Positions 1 to 9,984 of a DNA stretch of 64,000 bases are shown piece after piece. The position numbers were made by a program, and so were the translations under genes. Origin of the DNA: Anaerolineales bacterium. Its GTDB lineage: Bacteria; Chloroflexota; Anaerolineae; Anaerolineales; UBA6663. The stretch is taken from positions 74,448-138,447 of the forward strand of contig JBGAJV010000006.1 in NCBI GenBank assembly GCA_044224715.1, in the 5' to 3' direction. The notes beneath the pieces are model-generated. The model did not search any database. It saw nothing but the letters and a program-made list of their open reading frames with translations, and had not been told where the DNA came from. The first letter of the stretch is position 1, and each line of letters begins with the position of its first letter.

Positions 1-2
1 GC

Positions 3-545
3 TTCCCCTGGATCGACGTCGACGGCGGCGCGGGCATCCGCGCGGCGATGACGCACCTCATCGAGCGCGGGCATCGTCGGATCGCGGCGTTGGCGTGGCA
101 GGCGAATTCGCGCGTGGGCGACAACCGGATGGCCGGGTATTTCGAAGCCCTGGCCGAGCACGGTCTCGAGCTCGACCCGGCACGAATCCGGCGCGGCCCC
201 GGCACGTTCGACTTCGGCTACCAGGCGGCGTCGGAGTTGCTGGACCTGCCGGAGGCCAGCCGGCCGACGGGGTTGGTGGCGCTCAGCGATCTGACGGCAC
301 TCGGCGCGTTGCGGGCTGTGGCGCAAAGAGGACTCCGCGCCGGCCGCGACGTTGCGGTGACCGGCTTCGACGACGCCCCGCTGGTCGAGTATGCCGCGCC
401 GGCGTTGACCACGGTGCGGCAGCCCATCGCCGCGATCGGACAACGGTTGATCGCAAGGCTGCTCGCCCGGATCACCTCAGGTCAGCAGTCCGAGCCGCTG
501 ACCGAGTTGATCGCGCCGCAATTGATGGTGCGCGACTCGTCCTGA
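3..545 (+). CDS. LacI/GalR-family transcriptional regulator, C-terminal effector-binding domain (5' end cut by window edge)
   Basis: The frame is open from the window edge. The translation (VAVTGFDDAPLVEYAAPALTTVRQP) matches the sugar-binding core of LacI-type repressors. The N-terminal HTH lies outside the window. Confidence 0.8.
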   Translation, partial: FPWIDVDGGAGIRAAMTHLIERGHRRIAALAWQANSRVGDNRMAGYFEALAEHGLELDPARIRRGPGTFDFGYQAASELLDLPEASRPTGLVALSDLTALGALRAVAQRGLRAGRDVAVTGFDDAPLVEYAAPALTTVRQPIAAIGQRLIARLLARITSGQQSEPLTELIAPQLMVRDSS

Positions 546-627
546 GGCATCGACCCGGTCGACCGCCGGCCCGGCCGGCGTGACGACCGCGCAGCGTACA
601 GGCATCTATCGGACACAGGGCACTGGC

Positions 628-2802
628 ATGACGTCTGAAATCTGGTCGGTTGTGGAGCGAGACTTCGACCCGAAGCGCATGCACCACAGCGAGACCGTCT
701 TTACGATCGGCAACGGTTATCTCGGTACGCGCGGGGCCTTCGAGGAGCGCGTGAGCGGCGAGATGCGCGCGACGTTTCTGCACGGCGTGTTCGACGACGC
801 CCCGGTGGTGTTCACCGAACTGGCCAACGCGCCAGACTGGCTGGATCTGGACGTCTGGCTTGCCGGCGAACGGTTCGACCTGCTCGTGGGCGAGGTGTTG
901 GCTTATACGCGTGCGCTCGATCTGCGCAGCGGCATGCTCCGCCGCGAGGTCACGTGGCGCAGTCCCCGTGGCCGCGCGACCCGGCTGGTCTTCGAACGGT
1001 TCGCGAGCCTTGCGGACGCCCACGTCTGCGCGGTGCGCGCCAGCTTCACGCCGCTCGACTACACCGGGCAGATCGACGTGCGCAGCGGGCTGGACGGCGA
1101 TGCCGACAATCTGGCGCTCAAGCATTGGGCGTGGCTCGGCCAGGGTCTGCGCGGCGCCGAGGCTTGGCTGCATGTGCGAACTCGAGGCAGCCACATCGAA
1201 CTCGCGGCCGCCCAGAGCCTGTCGCTGCGAACGACGATGGCCACGGGCCGGGTGGCGCGTTGGGATGCCCACAACCGTCCGACGCTGACGGCCAGCCTGT
1301 CGGTGGCGCAGGGCGACACGGCGACCGCGACCAAGTGGTTCTCGGTGTTCACGAGCCGCGACGGGCGCGATCCGCTCAAGCTGGCCCGCAAGTCGCTGCG
1401 CCGGGTCGCCGCCGGTACTTGGGAGGCAGCCGACGAGGCCAATCGGCGGGCCTGGGAGGCCGAGTGGTCGCGCTGCGATGTGGAGATCGTGGGCGACGAT
1501 GACGCCCAGCTCGCGGTCCGCTTCAATCTCTTTCAACTGCTGATCGCGGCCCCGCGCGCCGACGAGCAGGTCAACCTCGGCGCCAAGACCCTGAGCGGTT
1601 ACGGCTACCGTGGCCATGCGTTCTGGGACACCGAGATCTTCATGCTGCCGTTCTTCACGTACACGCGACCCGAGATCGCGCGGCAGTTGCTGTCGTATCG
1701 CTGGCATCGTTTGCCCGGCGCGCGACAGAAGGCGGCCGGCAACGGGTACCAGGGCGCCCAGTTCCCGTGGGAGAGCGCGGCGACCGGCGAGGAAGTGACG
1801 CCGACCTGGGTGCCCGATGGCGCAGATCGCACCAAGCTGATCCGCATCTGGACCGGCGACATCGAGATCCATATCTCAGCCGACATCGCATACGCGATCT
1901 GGCAGTACTGGAAGGCCACCGGCGACGACGACTTCGTGGCGGAGCGGGGCGCGGAAGTCGTCCTCGAGACCGCGCGTTTCTGGGCGAGCCGACTCGAATG
2001 GACCGCAGAGCGAGACCGCTATGAGATCCACGACGTGGTCGGGCCGGACGAATACCACGAACACGTCGACAACAACGCCTACACCAATGCGCTGGCGCGC
2101 TGGAACCTGCGCTGCGCGGCGGAGCTGCGCCATTGGTTGGAGACCAAGCGGCCGGAGGCCTGGCGCAAGCTGGTCCGCCGGCTCAAATTGAGTCCGAAGG
2201 AACTCGAGGCCTGGCCCGAGATCGCCGACCGGGTGTACGTGGCGTACGACCCGGCCACGCGGTTGATCGAACAATTCGACGGCTACTTCGCGCGCAACGA
2301 CGTCGACCTGCCGGCGCTCGAACCGCGCGGTCAATCCGTTCAGGCGTTGTTCGGCATCGAGGGCGCCAACCGGACACAGGTGCTCAAACAGCCCGACGTA
2401 TTGATGCTCATGGTCCTGTTCCCGGACCTGTATGACGCGGACACCGTTCGCGCGAATTACGCATACTACACGGCTCGTACCGATCACACGCACGGCTCAT
2501 CGCTCGGGCCGTCGATCCAGGCCATCCTGGCGTGTCGGATGGGCGACGCCTCGGCCTACGAGCACTTCATGCGGGCCGCGCGCGCCGATCTCTATGACGT
2601 GCGCCACAACGCCGGCGACGGCATTCATGGCGCGTCGGCCGGCGGCCTGTGGCAGGCCGTGGTCTTCGGTTTCGCCGGGCTCAGTCGACAGGCCGACGCC
2701 TGGACGACGCGACCGTGTCTGCCGGATCATTGGCAACGGGTTTCGTTCACGCTGGTCGACCAGGGCGTGCGGCGCAGGTTCACCGTGGAGCGTGGGGCGT
2801 AG
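628..2802 (+). CDS. GH65 glycoside phosphorylase (kojibiose/maltose/trehalose/nigerose phosphorylase class), paralog 1
   Basis: ORF 580..2802; the ATG at 628 (MTSEIW) is preferred. Motifs seen: TIGNGYLGTRG, FPWESAATGEE, VVGPDEYHEHVDNNAYTN (general-acid Glu context) and HTHGSSLGPS (phosphate-site Ser-Ser). Substrate is not assignable from sequence. Confidence 0.85.
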   Translation: MTSEIWSVVERDFDPKRMHHSETVFTIGNGYLGTRGAFEERVSGEMRATFLHGVFDDAPVVFTELANAPDWLDLDVWLAGERFDLLVGEVLAYTRALDLRSGMLRREVTWRSPRGRATRLVFERFASLADAHVCAVRASFTPLDYTGQIDVRSGLDGDADNLALKHWAWLGQGLRGAEAWLHVRTRGSHIELAAAQSLSLRTTMATGRVARWDAHNRPTLTASLSVAQGDTATATKWFSVFTSRDGRDPLKLARKSLRRVAAGTWEAADEANRRAWEAEWSRCDVEIVGDDDAQLAVRFNLFQLLIAAPRADEQVNLGAKTLSGYGYRGHAFWDTEIFMLPFFTYTRPEIARQLLSYRWHRLPGARQKAAGNGYQGAQFPWESAATGEEVTPTWVPDGADRTKLIRIWTGDIEIHISADIAYAIWQYWKATGDDDFVAERGAEVVLETARFWASRLEWTAERDRYEIHDVVGPDEYHEHVDNNAYTNALARWNLRCAAELRHWLETKRPEAWRKLVRRLKLSPKELEAWPEIADRVYVAYDPATRLIEQFDGYFARNDVDLPALEPRGQSVQALFGIEGANRTQVLKQPDVLMLMVLFPDLYDADTVRANYAYYTARTDHTHGSSLGPSIQAILACRMGDASAYEHFMRAARADLYDVRHNAGDGIHGASAGGLWQAVVFGFAGLSRQADAWTTRPCLPDHWQRVSFTLVDQGVRRRFTVERGA

Positions 2803-2940
2803 GGTCAGGCGCGGCCGCCGCGTGGCGCTCGGACGGTCGACAAAGGCGAGCTGACGCCTGCCGGAGTGGTGCGTCCTGACGGCGTTGTCAGCCCTTGATT
2901 CTGAGCCTTTGCTGTGAATCCTGGGTGGACGACATAATCC

Positions 2941-2966
2941 AGTGGAAACGGTTCGCGTGTTCCACT
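2941..2966. promoter_or_regulatory. Inverted repeat AGTGGAA-N12-TTCCACT, candidate operator just upstream of the ROK-gene promoter
   Basis: Perfect 7-bp arms read directly. The left half (TGGAAACG) resembles a LacI-type half-site. It sits about 12 nt upstream of the -35 box. Confidence 0.3.
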
Positions 2967-2978
2967 TTGTAATGATTG

Positions 2979-3006
2979 TTGACAAACGAGACACCCATGC
3001 TAGAAT
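2979..3006 (+). promoter_or_regulatory. Sigma-70-like promoter (TTGACA, 16-nt spacer, TAGAAT preceded by TGC) for the ROK regulator gene
   Basis: TTGACA at 2979-2984 and TAGAAT at 3001-3006, with an extended -10-like TGn. It lies 37 nt upstream of the ATG at 3043. This is a rare AT-rich match in GC-rich DNA. Confidence 0.55.
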
Positions 3007-3042
3007 GCCTCGTAACCAGCTCTGGTCATAAATCTGGGACCA

Positions 3043-4332
3043 ATGACCCAGGAACACACCCACTTGAAACCGCTTTGGCAACCCGCCGACCATGTCAGCG
3101 GTCGGCAGGTAAACAAAGACTCGATCCTGGATCTCATTCGCTGGGCCCAAGAAGGGATCTCCAGAGCCGAGATTGCGCAGCAACTGGGCGTGAGTCGCGC
3201 CACGGTGTCCGCCGTGGTTGATCGCCTGATCGACTCCGGCCTGGTCGTCGAGCGCGGCGCCGGCGTGTCCCGGGGGGGACGCCGACCGATCGTTCTGCAG
3301 GTCGACGGTGATGCCGGGCGTGTGGTGGGGGTCGACATCGGCGCGACCCATCTGACGGTTGTCTTGACCGATCTGCGGGGCCGTGTGCTGTCCGAAACGC
3401 AGGCCCCGGTGGATGTGGTCGGCGGCGCGCAACACACCCTGAGCCAGGTGTGCGCGCAGGTACGTGAGACGGTCCAACGCGTCAACTGTAAGTGGGATCT
3501 GATACAGGCGATTGGTGTCGGCGTGCCCGGGCCGGTCATCACGACCGAGGGCGTCGTCTCGACGCCGCCGTTGATGCCGGGCTGGGACGGGTTTCCGATC
3601 CGGGACTATTTGATCGAGCAATGGGGCACGACCGTCACCGTCGACAATGACGCCGACCTGGGAGCACTGGGTGAGTGGGCCTTCGGGGCCGGTCAGCAGG
3701 AGTCGAGCCTGACCTTCATCAAGATCGGCACCGGCATCGGCTGTGGCATCTTGTTGGACGGTCGCATTTATCACGGCGTGCTGGGGACCGCGGGCGAGAT
3801 CGGGCACATGACGATCAGTTCGGACGGCCCGCCGTGCACGTGTGGCAATTACGGATGTCTTGAGGCGATGGCCGGCGGACGGGCGATCGCGCAGCGGGCC
3901 CAACTGGCGATCAAGGCCGGCCAGCGCACGTTGCTGGCCAACACCGGGTCGGTCGAGTCGATCACGGCCCGACACGTCGCCGAGGCCGCGCAGGCCGGTG
4001 ACGCGGTCAGCCAGCAGTTGCTCAGTGACGCCGGACGACATATCGGCAGCGCCGTGGCGACCCTGATCAATCTGCTCAACCCCGGCCTGGTCTTGATCGG
4101 CGGCGGGGTTGCGCAAGCAGGTGTGCATTTGCTCCGCCCTTTGCGCGAGACCGCGCTGCAGCGGAGCCTAAGGGCGTCGATGCGGTCGACGCGGATCGAG
4201 GTCGGCGCCCTTGGGCGCCGCGCAACCGCGCTTGGGGCCGTTGCCCTCGCGCTGTCTCGAACGTTTCAGCAATTCGTCGATGGGGGGCGCGTTTCCGAAC
4301 GCGCGCCTGCCGTTGCGGCAGACCCCGTCTGA
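3043..4332 (+). CDS. ROK-family transcriptional regulator (NagC/XylR-like)
   Basis: N-terminal winged HTH (ISRAEIAQQLGVSRATVSAVVDRLIDSGLV), ATPase-fold motif GVDIGATH, and the ROK zinc motif CTCGNYGCLEA. Confidence 0.9.
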   Translation: MTQEHTHLKPLWQPADHVSGRQVNKDSILDLIRWAQEGISRAEIAQQLGVSRATVSAVVDRLIDSGLVVERGAGVSRGGRRPIVLQVDGDAGRVVGVDIGATHLTVVLTDLRGRVLSETQAPVDVVGGAQHTLSQVCAQVRETVQRVNCKWDLIQAIGVGVPGPVITTEGVVSTPPLMPGWDGFPIRDYLIEQWGTTVTVDNDADLGALGEWAFGAGQQESSLTFIKIGTGIGCGILLDGRIYHGVLGTAGEIGHMTISSDGPPCTCGNYGCLEAMAGGRAIAQRAQLAIKAGQRTLLANTGSVESITARHVAEAAQAGDAVSQQLLSDAGRHIGSAVATLINLLNPGLVLIGGGVAQAGVHLLRPLRETALQRSLRASMRSTRIEVGALGRRATALGAVALALSRTFQQFVDGGRVSERAPAVAADPV

Positions 4333-4461
4333 TGAGCGCATATCAACCGACTTAGAAAGGAGGCGACCTTCCCGAACCCGCAAAGCTGAGTTGCAGCGGC
4401 CGCTGTAAAGCGCCTGATGGGATGACGATATCCCGTTTTTCATCCTTAGGAGGAACACGCC

Positions 4462-6567
4462 ATGCGCAAAGCCCAATTGTGGCTGTCCGTAACAACGATC
4501 GTCGGGTTGCTGGCCGCGTCCTGCGCCCAGGCGACCCAGGCCCCGCAGGCCACCGAACCCCCGCCCGCCGAGCCCACCGCTACCAGCCAGGCCATCGTCG
4601 TGGCCGAAGCTTCGGCGACCCCCGCCCCCACGGCGGAAGTGGCTGCCGAAGCCTACAAGCAAGCGCCGATGCTTGATGACGTCGCCGGCCTGCCCCCGGT
4701 TTCCGAGCGCCTGCCCGAGCAGCCCGTCGTCACGGACTTCGTTGATGGCACGCAGACCATCGGCAAGTACGGCGGCACGATCCAGACGGCCTCGTGGTGG
4801 CCGGAAGTCGGCAACGTTCAGCTGTACTTCGCGGTCGAGGCTCCGATCAAGTGGAAGGCCGACCTGACCGGTTACGAGCCCGCCCTGGTCGAATCCTATG
4901 AGTGGTCCGAAGACGGCAAGACCTTTACGATGCACATGCGCAAGGGTCTGAAGTGGTCGGACGGCGAGCCCTACACCAGCGCCGACTGGCAGTTCTGGTG
5001 GGAGGACTATGCCCTCAACCCCGATCAGAAGCTGTGGACCATCCCGGCCTATCTCCGGAACAACGACGGCACGCCGATCGAGATGTCGTTCCCGGATGAG
5101 TACACGATCGTCTGGCAGGCGGCTGACCGCCCGCTGTACATCGACCCGTACTTCATGGCCCAGGGTTTCTGGGAGTTCGCCAAGAACTTCATGAAGCCCG
5201 CGCACTACCTCAAGCAGTTCCATCCGAAGTACGCGACGGACAAGACCTGGGAAGATTTCGCCAACGCCGACAAGTGGTGGCAGACCCCCGGTTATCCGTG
5301 CCTCTTCGCCTGGTGCTTGACTGAGCTCTCGGAAGACGGCCAGAACTACACGTTCTCGCGCAACCCGTACTACTGGCGCGTCGACACCGAAGGCAATCAA
5401 CTGCCTTACGTCGATGCGATCAAGGTCGAGATCGTCGCCGACGAGCAGACCCGCATCCTGAACTGCTCGCAGGGCAAGTACGACACGGCCTTCCGCATCT
5501 GCGGCGGCCCGAACGAAATCCCCTTCCTGCAGGAGAACGCGGAAAAGGGCGGCTATCACTTCCTCGAGAACTACTTGAACGGCGCCGGCGCGTGGCCTGG
5601 TTACATGATCAACCAGTACTACGTCGAGGGCGGCAAGAACTACGAGGATGACACGCCCGAGCACGCCGCCGAGATCCGCGAGCTGCTGCGCGATCAGCGC
5701 TTCCGCATCGCGCTCTCGACCGGTTTCGATCGCCAGCGCATCATCGACGTGGCCTGGGGCGGCATCGCCGAAGCCAAGGCCGCGACGATCAGCCCCCAGT
5801 CGTGGCACTTCGCCGGGACCGAGGGTCAGGCCGAGTACCAGAAGTGGGCCGGCATGTACGTCGACGCCGATGTCGAAGGCGCCAACAAGCTCCTCGACGA
5901 AATCGGCATGAAGGTCGGTGCTGATGGCTTCCGCACCCTGCCCAGCGGCAAGCCCTTCATTCTGACGATGGACATCAGCGACTGGGGCGGAAGCCTCAAG
6001 GTCCAGGTTGATGCGGCCGATCAGATGAAGAAGGAATGGGAAGCCAACCTGAAGATCGCGGTGCAGATCAACAACCTGCAGGGCCAGCCGGATCTCGACA
6101 CGCGCACGAACGAAGGCTACTACATGCTCCGTGGCGCGCACATCTCCGAGATCGACATCCTGACGTACCCCGACTGGATGTTCCCGGTGGTCAACCGCTA
6201 CATGTTCCCGCTCGAAGGCCGCTACTTCGCCAAGGGCGGTGAGAAGTGCACGGACGAGCCGAGCGATGCCACGAAGTATCCTTGCGGTGTCAAGCCCGAG
6301 GATGGCAGCCCGGCGAAGATCCTGCAGGACCTGTACCTCAAGGCCCGCGACACGGCCACGGTCGAAGACCGACACAAGGTCGTCTGGGAAGCGATCGACG
6401 AGATCGTCAAGGACGGCCCGTTTGTGATCGGTATCGCCGGCGATCAGCCGATGCCCATCATCGTCAGCGACAAGATGAAGAACATCTATGACTATGGTGT
6501 GGTCGGCCCGTGGGCGCCCTCGACCCCCGGTAACCAGATTGCGGCTCTGTGGTGGATGGAGCAGTGA
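4462..6567 (+). CDS. ABC transporter substrate-binding lipoprotein, family 5 (Opp/Dpp-type), probably oligosaccharide-binding
   Basis: Strong SD (AGGAGG). Signal peptide with a lipobox-like LLAASC followed by a Pro/Thr/Ala linker. About 700 aa with an SBP5-like KGLKWSDGEPYTSADW. Directly upstream of DppBCDF-like genes inside a glycoside hydrolase locus. Confidence 0.85.
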   Translation: MRKAQLWLSVTTIVGLLAASCAQATQAPQATEPPPAEPTATSQAIVVAEASATPAPTAEVAAEAYKQAPMLDDVAGLPPVSERLPEQPVVTDFVDGTQTIGKYGGTIQTASWWPEVGNVQLYFAVEAPIKWKADLTGYEPALVESYEWSEDGKTFTMHMRKGLKWSDGEPYTSADWQFWWEDYALNPDQKLWTIPAYLRNNDGTPIEMSFPDEYTIVWQAADRPLYIDPYFMAQGFWEFAKNFMKPAHYLKQFHPKYATDKTWEDFANADKWWQTPGYPCLFAWCLTELSEDGQNYTFSRNPYYWRVDTEGNQLPYVDAIKVEIVADEQTRILNCSQGKYDTAFRICGGPNEIPFLQENAEKGGYHFLENYLNGAGAWPGYMINQYYVEGGKNYEDDTPEHAAEIRELLRDQRFRIALSTGFDRQRIIDVAWGGIAEAKAATISPQSWHFAGTEGQAEYQKWAGMYVDADVEGANKLLDEIGMKVGADGFRTLPSGKPFILTMDISDWGGSLKVQVDAADQMKKEWEANLKIAVQINNLQGQPDLDTRTNEGYYMLRGAHISEIDILTYPDWMFPVVNRYMFPLEGRYFAKGGEKCTDEPSDATKYPCGVKPEDGSPAKILQDLYLKARDTATVEDRHKVVWEAIDEIVKDGPFVIGIAGDQPMPIIVSDKMKNIYDYGVVGPWAPSTPGNQIAALWWMEQ

Positions 6568-6681
6568 TCTAGCGCGGTGAACGTGCCGGGTGGCAACACC
6601 CGGCACGTTTTCCATCCTTCGGCGGTCGGGCTCAGGCCCGGCCCCGCCGAAGATCGTCACATCGGCGCGGAGGAGGTCTGC

Positions 6682-7668
6682 ATGCTCAATTACATCGTGC
6701 GGCGTTTGTTGTATGCGGCACTCATGATCGTCGTCATATCGTTTGTCAGTTTTGTCATTATCAAGTTGCCGCCGGGCGACTTCCTCACGCAAAAGCTGGC
6801 GCAACTTCGGGCGCGCGGCGACCGTAGCGCCGAGGGTCAGATCGAGACCTACCGTGTGCGTTATGGCCTCGATCGGCCGTTTCTCGAACAATACACGGGC
6901 TGGGCCCTCAACTTCCTGCGCGGCGACTTCGGCGAGTCGTTCGAGTTCGAACGACCGGTGAAGGACCTGCTCGGCGAACGCGTGTCGATGACCATCATCC
7001 TCGGCGTCGCCACGCTGATCGTAGTTTGGATCCTGGCCATACCTTTGGGCGTGTTCTCAGCCGTCAAACAGTACTCGTTAGGCGATCAAATCATCACCAC
7101 GTTGAGTTTCATCGGTCTCGGCATGCCCGGGTTCCTGTTGGCGCTCCTGATCTTGTATTTCGCGATCACGGTCCTCGATGTCGAGGCAACCGGGCTCTTT
7201 TCGAAAGACTTTGTGGACGCGCCATGGAGCGTTGGGCGCGTGCTCGACCTGCTCAACCACCTCTGGATCCCGGCGATCATCAGCGCCATCACCGGCGTCG
7301 GTGGTCTGACGCGCATCATGCGCGGCAACCTGCTCGATACCCTGGGGCAGCCGTTCGTCGAGGCGGCCCGAGCGCGCGGCCTGGGCAACGGTTCGGTGAT
7401 CTGGAAGCATGCGGTTCGGATCGCCATCAACCCGCTGATCGTCATCTTGGGCTCGGAAGCCATCCCGGGCATCATCGGCGGCACAGGCCTGGTGTCGGTC
7501 GTGTTGAACCTGCCGACGATCTTCCCGCTCTATATCGACTCGTTGCGGAAGCTCGATATGTACATGGCGGGTACCTGCATCGTCCTCATCGCGATCCTGA
7601 CGCTGGTCGGCAACCTTTTGGCCGACCTGATGCTGGCCTGGGTCGATCCGCGCATCCGGCTCGAGTAG
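6682..7668 (+). CDS. ABC transporter permease (DppB/OppB-like)
   Basis: ATG at 6682 is preceded by GGAGGAGG. N-terminus MLNYIVRRLLYAALMIVVISF is typical of OppB/DppB, with multiple TM segments. The ORF-track start at 6577 is judged too long. Confidence 0.9.
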   Translation: MLNYIVRRLLYAALMIVVISFVSFVIIKLPPGDFLTQKLAQLRARGDRSAEGQIETYRVRYGLDRPFLEQYTGWALNFLRGDFGESFEFERPVKDLLGERVSMTIILGVATLIVVWILAIPLGVFSAVKQYSLGDQIITTLSFIGLGMPGFLLALLILYFAITVLDVEATGLFSKDFVDAPWSVGRVLDLLNHLWIPAIISAITGVGGLTRIMRGNLLDTLGQPFVEAARARGLGNGSVIWKHAVRIAINPLIVILGSEAIPGIIGGTGLVSVVLNLPTIFPLYIDSLRKLDMYMAGTCIVLIAILTLVGNLLADLMLAWVDPRIRLE

Positions 7669-7725
7669 CCGACGTGACGTTCGCCGGAGCTCGCAGCGCA
7701 GATCGATGCAACGGGAGGTGACAAC

Positions 7726-8859
7726 ATGGCAGTCGCTGAACAAACAATGCCGATGCCCGTGAAGAAAGCCCAGGTCAGTCAGAGTTACTGGAGCCTGGTG
7801 TGGTGGAAGTTCAAGCGCAATCGCGTCGCCCTGTTGGGCGGCATCATCCTGGTGGCCCTGTATTTCTCGATGGGCGTGGTCCCGGAGTTCGTGGCGCCCT
7901 ATGAGCTGGAGCATGCTTCGCAATTCACCGAAGCGGGGCCTCAGGCGGTCCATCTGTTCGACAGCACGGGCGCGTTCCGTGGGCCGTTCGTCTATGGCCT
8001 CGAGAAGAAAATCGACACCAAGACGCGTTCGCGCGTCTTCATCGAGGACCAGACCAAGGTCTGGCCGCTAGGTCTGTTCGTGCGGGGCGACAGCTACAAG
8101 CTGCTCGGCTTCATCCCGCTTGACCTGCATCTCTACGGCGTGGTCAGCGACGACCCCGATGCCCAGTACTTCGTCATGGGCACCGACGCGCTCGGCCGCG
8201 ACTGGTTCACGCGCATCATCTACGGCGGGCGGCTGTCGCTGTTGATCGGCCTGCTCGGCCAGTTGATGCTCCTGTTCTTCGGCACGATCCTGGGCGTGGC
8301 TTCGGGCTACTACGGCGGTTGGGTGGATCAGGTGATCCAGCGCGCCACCGAGTTCCTCGGCGCGATCCCGGATATCCCGCTGTTCATGGCCCTGGCCGCC
8401 GCGATCCCCGTGTACTGGTCTCCGATCGCGGTCTATTTCATGCTGACGCTGATCCTGTCGTTCGTGCGCTGGGGCGGTCTGGCCCGGCAGGTGCGCGGCC
8501 TGATCCTGTCGTTGCGCGAGCGCGAGTACGTGCTGGCGGCCAAGAGCGCCGGCGCGGCCGACGCTCGCATCATGTTCCGCCATCTGCTGCCGGGCACCAT
8601 GAGCCACGTCATCGTCATCGCGACGCTGGCGATCCCGGGCATGATCTTGGCCGAGACGACGCTGAGCTGGCTTGGCCTGGGGCTGCGTCCGCCGTTGACC
8701 AGTTGGGGCGTGCTGCTCCAGGACGCGGCTACGGTGCGCGCGATCCACAACACCCCGTGGGAGCTGTGGACCGTGCCCTTCATCCTGCTCACGGTGTTGG
8801 CCTACAACATGTTGGGCGACGGTCTGCGTGACGCCCTCGACCCGTACGGGACCCGGTAG
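7726..8859 (+). CDS. ABC transporter permease (DppC/OppC-like)
   Basis: SD GGAGGTG. Contains EYVLAAKSAGAADARIMFRHLLPGTMSHVIV, the conserved permease loop region of OppC/DppC. Confidence 0.9.
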   Translation: MAVAEQTMPMPVKKAQVSQSYWSLVWWKFKRNRVALLGGIILVALYFSMGVVPEFVAPYELEHASQFTEAGPQAVHLFDSTGAFRGPFVYGLEKKIDTKTRSRVFIEDQTKVWPLGLFVRGDSYKLLGFIPLDLHLYGVVSDDPDAQYFVMGTDALGRDWFTRIIYGGRLSLLIGLLGQLMLLFFGTILGVASGYYGGWVDQVIQRATEFLGAIPDIPLFMALAAAIPVYWSPIAVYFMLTLILSFVRWGGLARQVRGLILSLREREYVLAAKSAGAADARIMFRHLLPGTMSHVIVIATLAIPGMILAETTLSWLGLGLRPPLTSWGVLLQDAATVRAIHNTPWELWTVPFILLTVLAYNMLGDGLRDALDPYGTR

Positions 8860-8871
8860 GAGACTCGCGAC

Positions 8872-9984
8872 ATGACCCAACAAACACTCGAACCCCTGGT
8901 GGAAGTCGAGAACCTGCGCGTCGAGTTCGACGTACGCGCCGGCATCGTCAAGGCGGTGGATGGGCTCAACATGACCATCTATCGCGGTCGCACCCTCGGC
9001 GTGATCGGCGAGAGCGGTTGCGGTAAATCGGTGACGGCCCGCGCGATCCTGAACATGATCCCGAAGCCGGGCAAGATCGCAAGCGGCGAGATCCGGTACC
9101 ATCGCCGGGCCAAATGGGTGCGCGGCGCCGCCGAGCAATCGAGCAAGACCGAAGTCATCACGATCAACGAGCTGCATCCGGACGGCGAAGTGATCCGCCA
9201 GATCCGCGGCGGCGAGATCGGCATGATCTTCCAGGAGCCGATGAGCTCGCTGACGCCCGTGTACACAGCCGGCACGCACATCGGCGAGGCGGTCAGCCTG
9301 CACCGTCTCTCAAACAAGAAGACGGTCGGGCAGCAGGTCGCCGACCAGGTCGCGGCCAATCGCAAGGTCGACGCCGCCGAAGCGCGCGAGATCGCGATTG
9401 AGATGCTGCATAAGGTCGGCATCCCGAAGCCGACCGAGCGCGTCGACAACTACCCGCACCAGCTGTCGGGCGGTCAGCGTCAACGCGTGATGATCGCCGT
9501 GGCGTTGTCGTGCGAGCCGACGATGCTCATCGCTGACGAGCCGACCACGGCCCTCGACGTCTCGATCGAAGCCCAGATCCTGGACATCATGCGCGAACTC
9601 CAGGGCTCGGTGAACATGGCGATCATGTTCATCACGCACAACCTGGGCGTGGTCGCGAACATGGCTCACGAGATCGTCGTGATGTACATGGGCAAAGCGG
9701 TCGAGCGCGCCACGGTCAGCGATCTGTTCTACAACCCCAAGCATCCGTACACCCAATCGTTGCTCAAATCGATCCCGCGTCTTGGGCAGAAGAAGGGCGG
9801 CGAACGGTTGGCTTCGATCTCGGGCATGGTGCCCGATCCGTTCCATCTGCCGACCGGCTGCGTCTTTCATCCGCGCTGCCCGCTGGCCATGAAGGGCAAG
9901 TGCGACAAGATCGAGCCGACCTGGCAAAAGGTCGACAACGATCATTGGGTCAGCTGCCTTCTGTATGAGGAGGTGGGAGCATGA
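8872..9984 (+). CDS. ABC transporter ATP-binding protein (DppD/OppD-like)
   Basis: Walker A GESGCGKS, signature LSGGQRQR, Walker [12 protein letters not shown], and an oligopeptide-type C-terminal domain ([18 protein letters not shown]). Confidence 0.93.
   Translation: MTQQTLEPLVEVENLRVEFDVRAGIVKAVDGLNMTIYRGRTLGVIGESGCGKSVTARAILNMIPKPGKIASGEIRYHRRAKWVRGAAEQSSKTEVITINELHPDGEVIRQIRGGEIGMIFQEPMSSLTPVYTAGTHIGEAVSLHRLSNKKTVGQQVADQVAANRKVDAAEAREIAIEMLHKVGIPKPTERVDNYPHQLSGGQRQRVMIAVALSCEPTMLIADEPTTALDVSIEAQILDIMRELQGSVNMAIMFITHNLGVVANMAHEIVVMYMGKAVERATVSDLFYNPKHPYTQSLLKSIPRLGQKKGGERLASISGMVPDPFHLPTGCVFHPRCPLAMKGKCDKIEPTWQKVDNDHWVSCLLYEEVGA

Noticed and set aside
4168-6891. Very long antisense ORFs. 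Examples are the 907-aa ORF 4168..6891 (-), 472..1872 (-), 2497..4128 (-), 22723..24876 (-), 25684..27399 (-), 29442..31511 (-), 44030..45643 (+) and 46451..47800 (+).
   Set aside because: Each lies opposite a gene with clear family motifs. Their translations are Arg/Gly/Pro/Ala-rich low-complexity strings with no recognisable domains. This is the typical shadow-ORF behaviour of GC-rich DNA.
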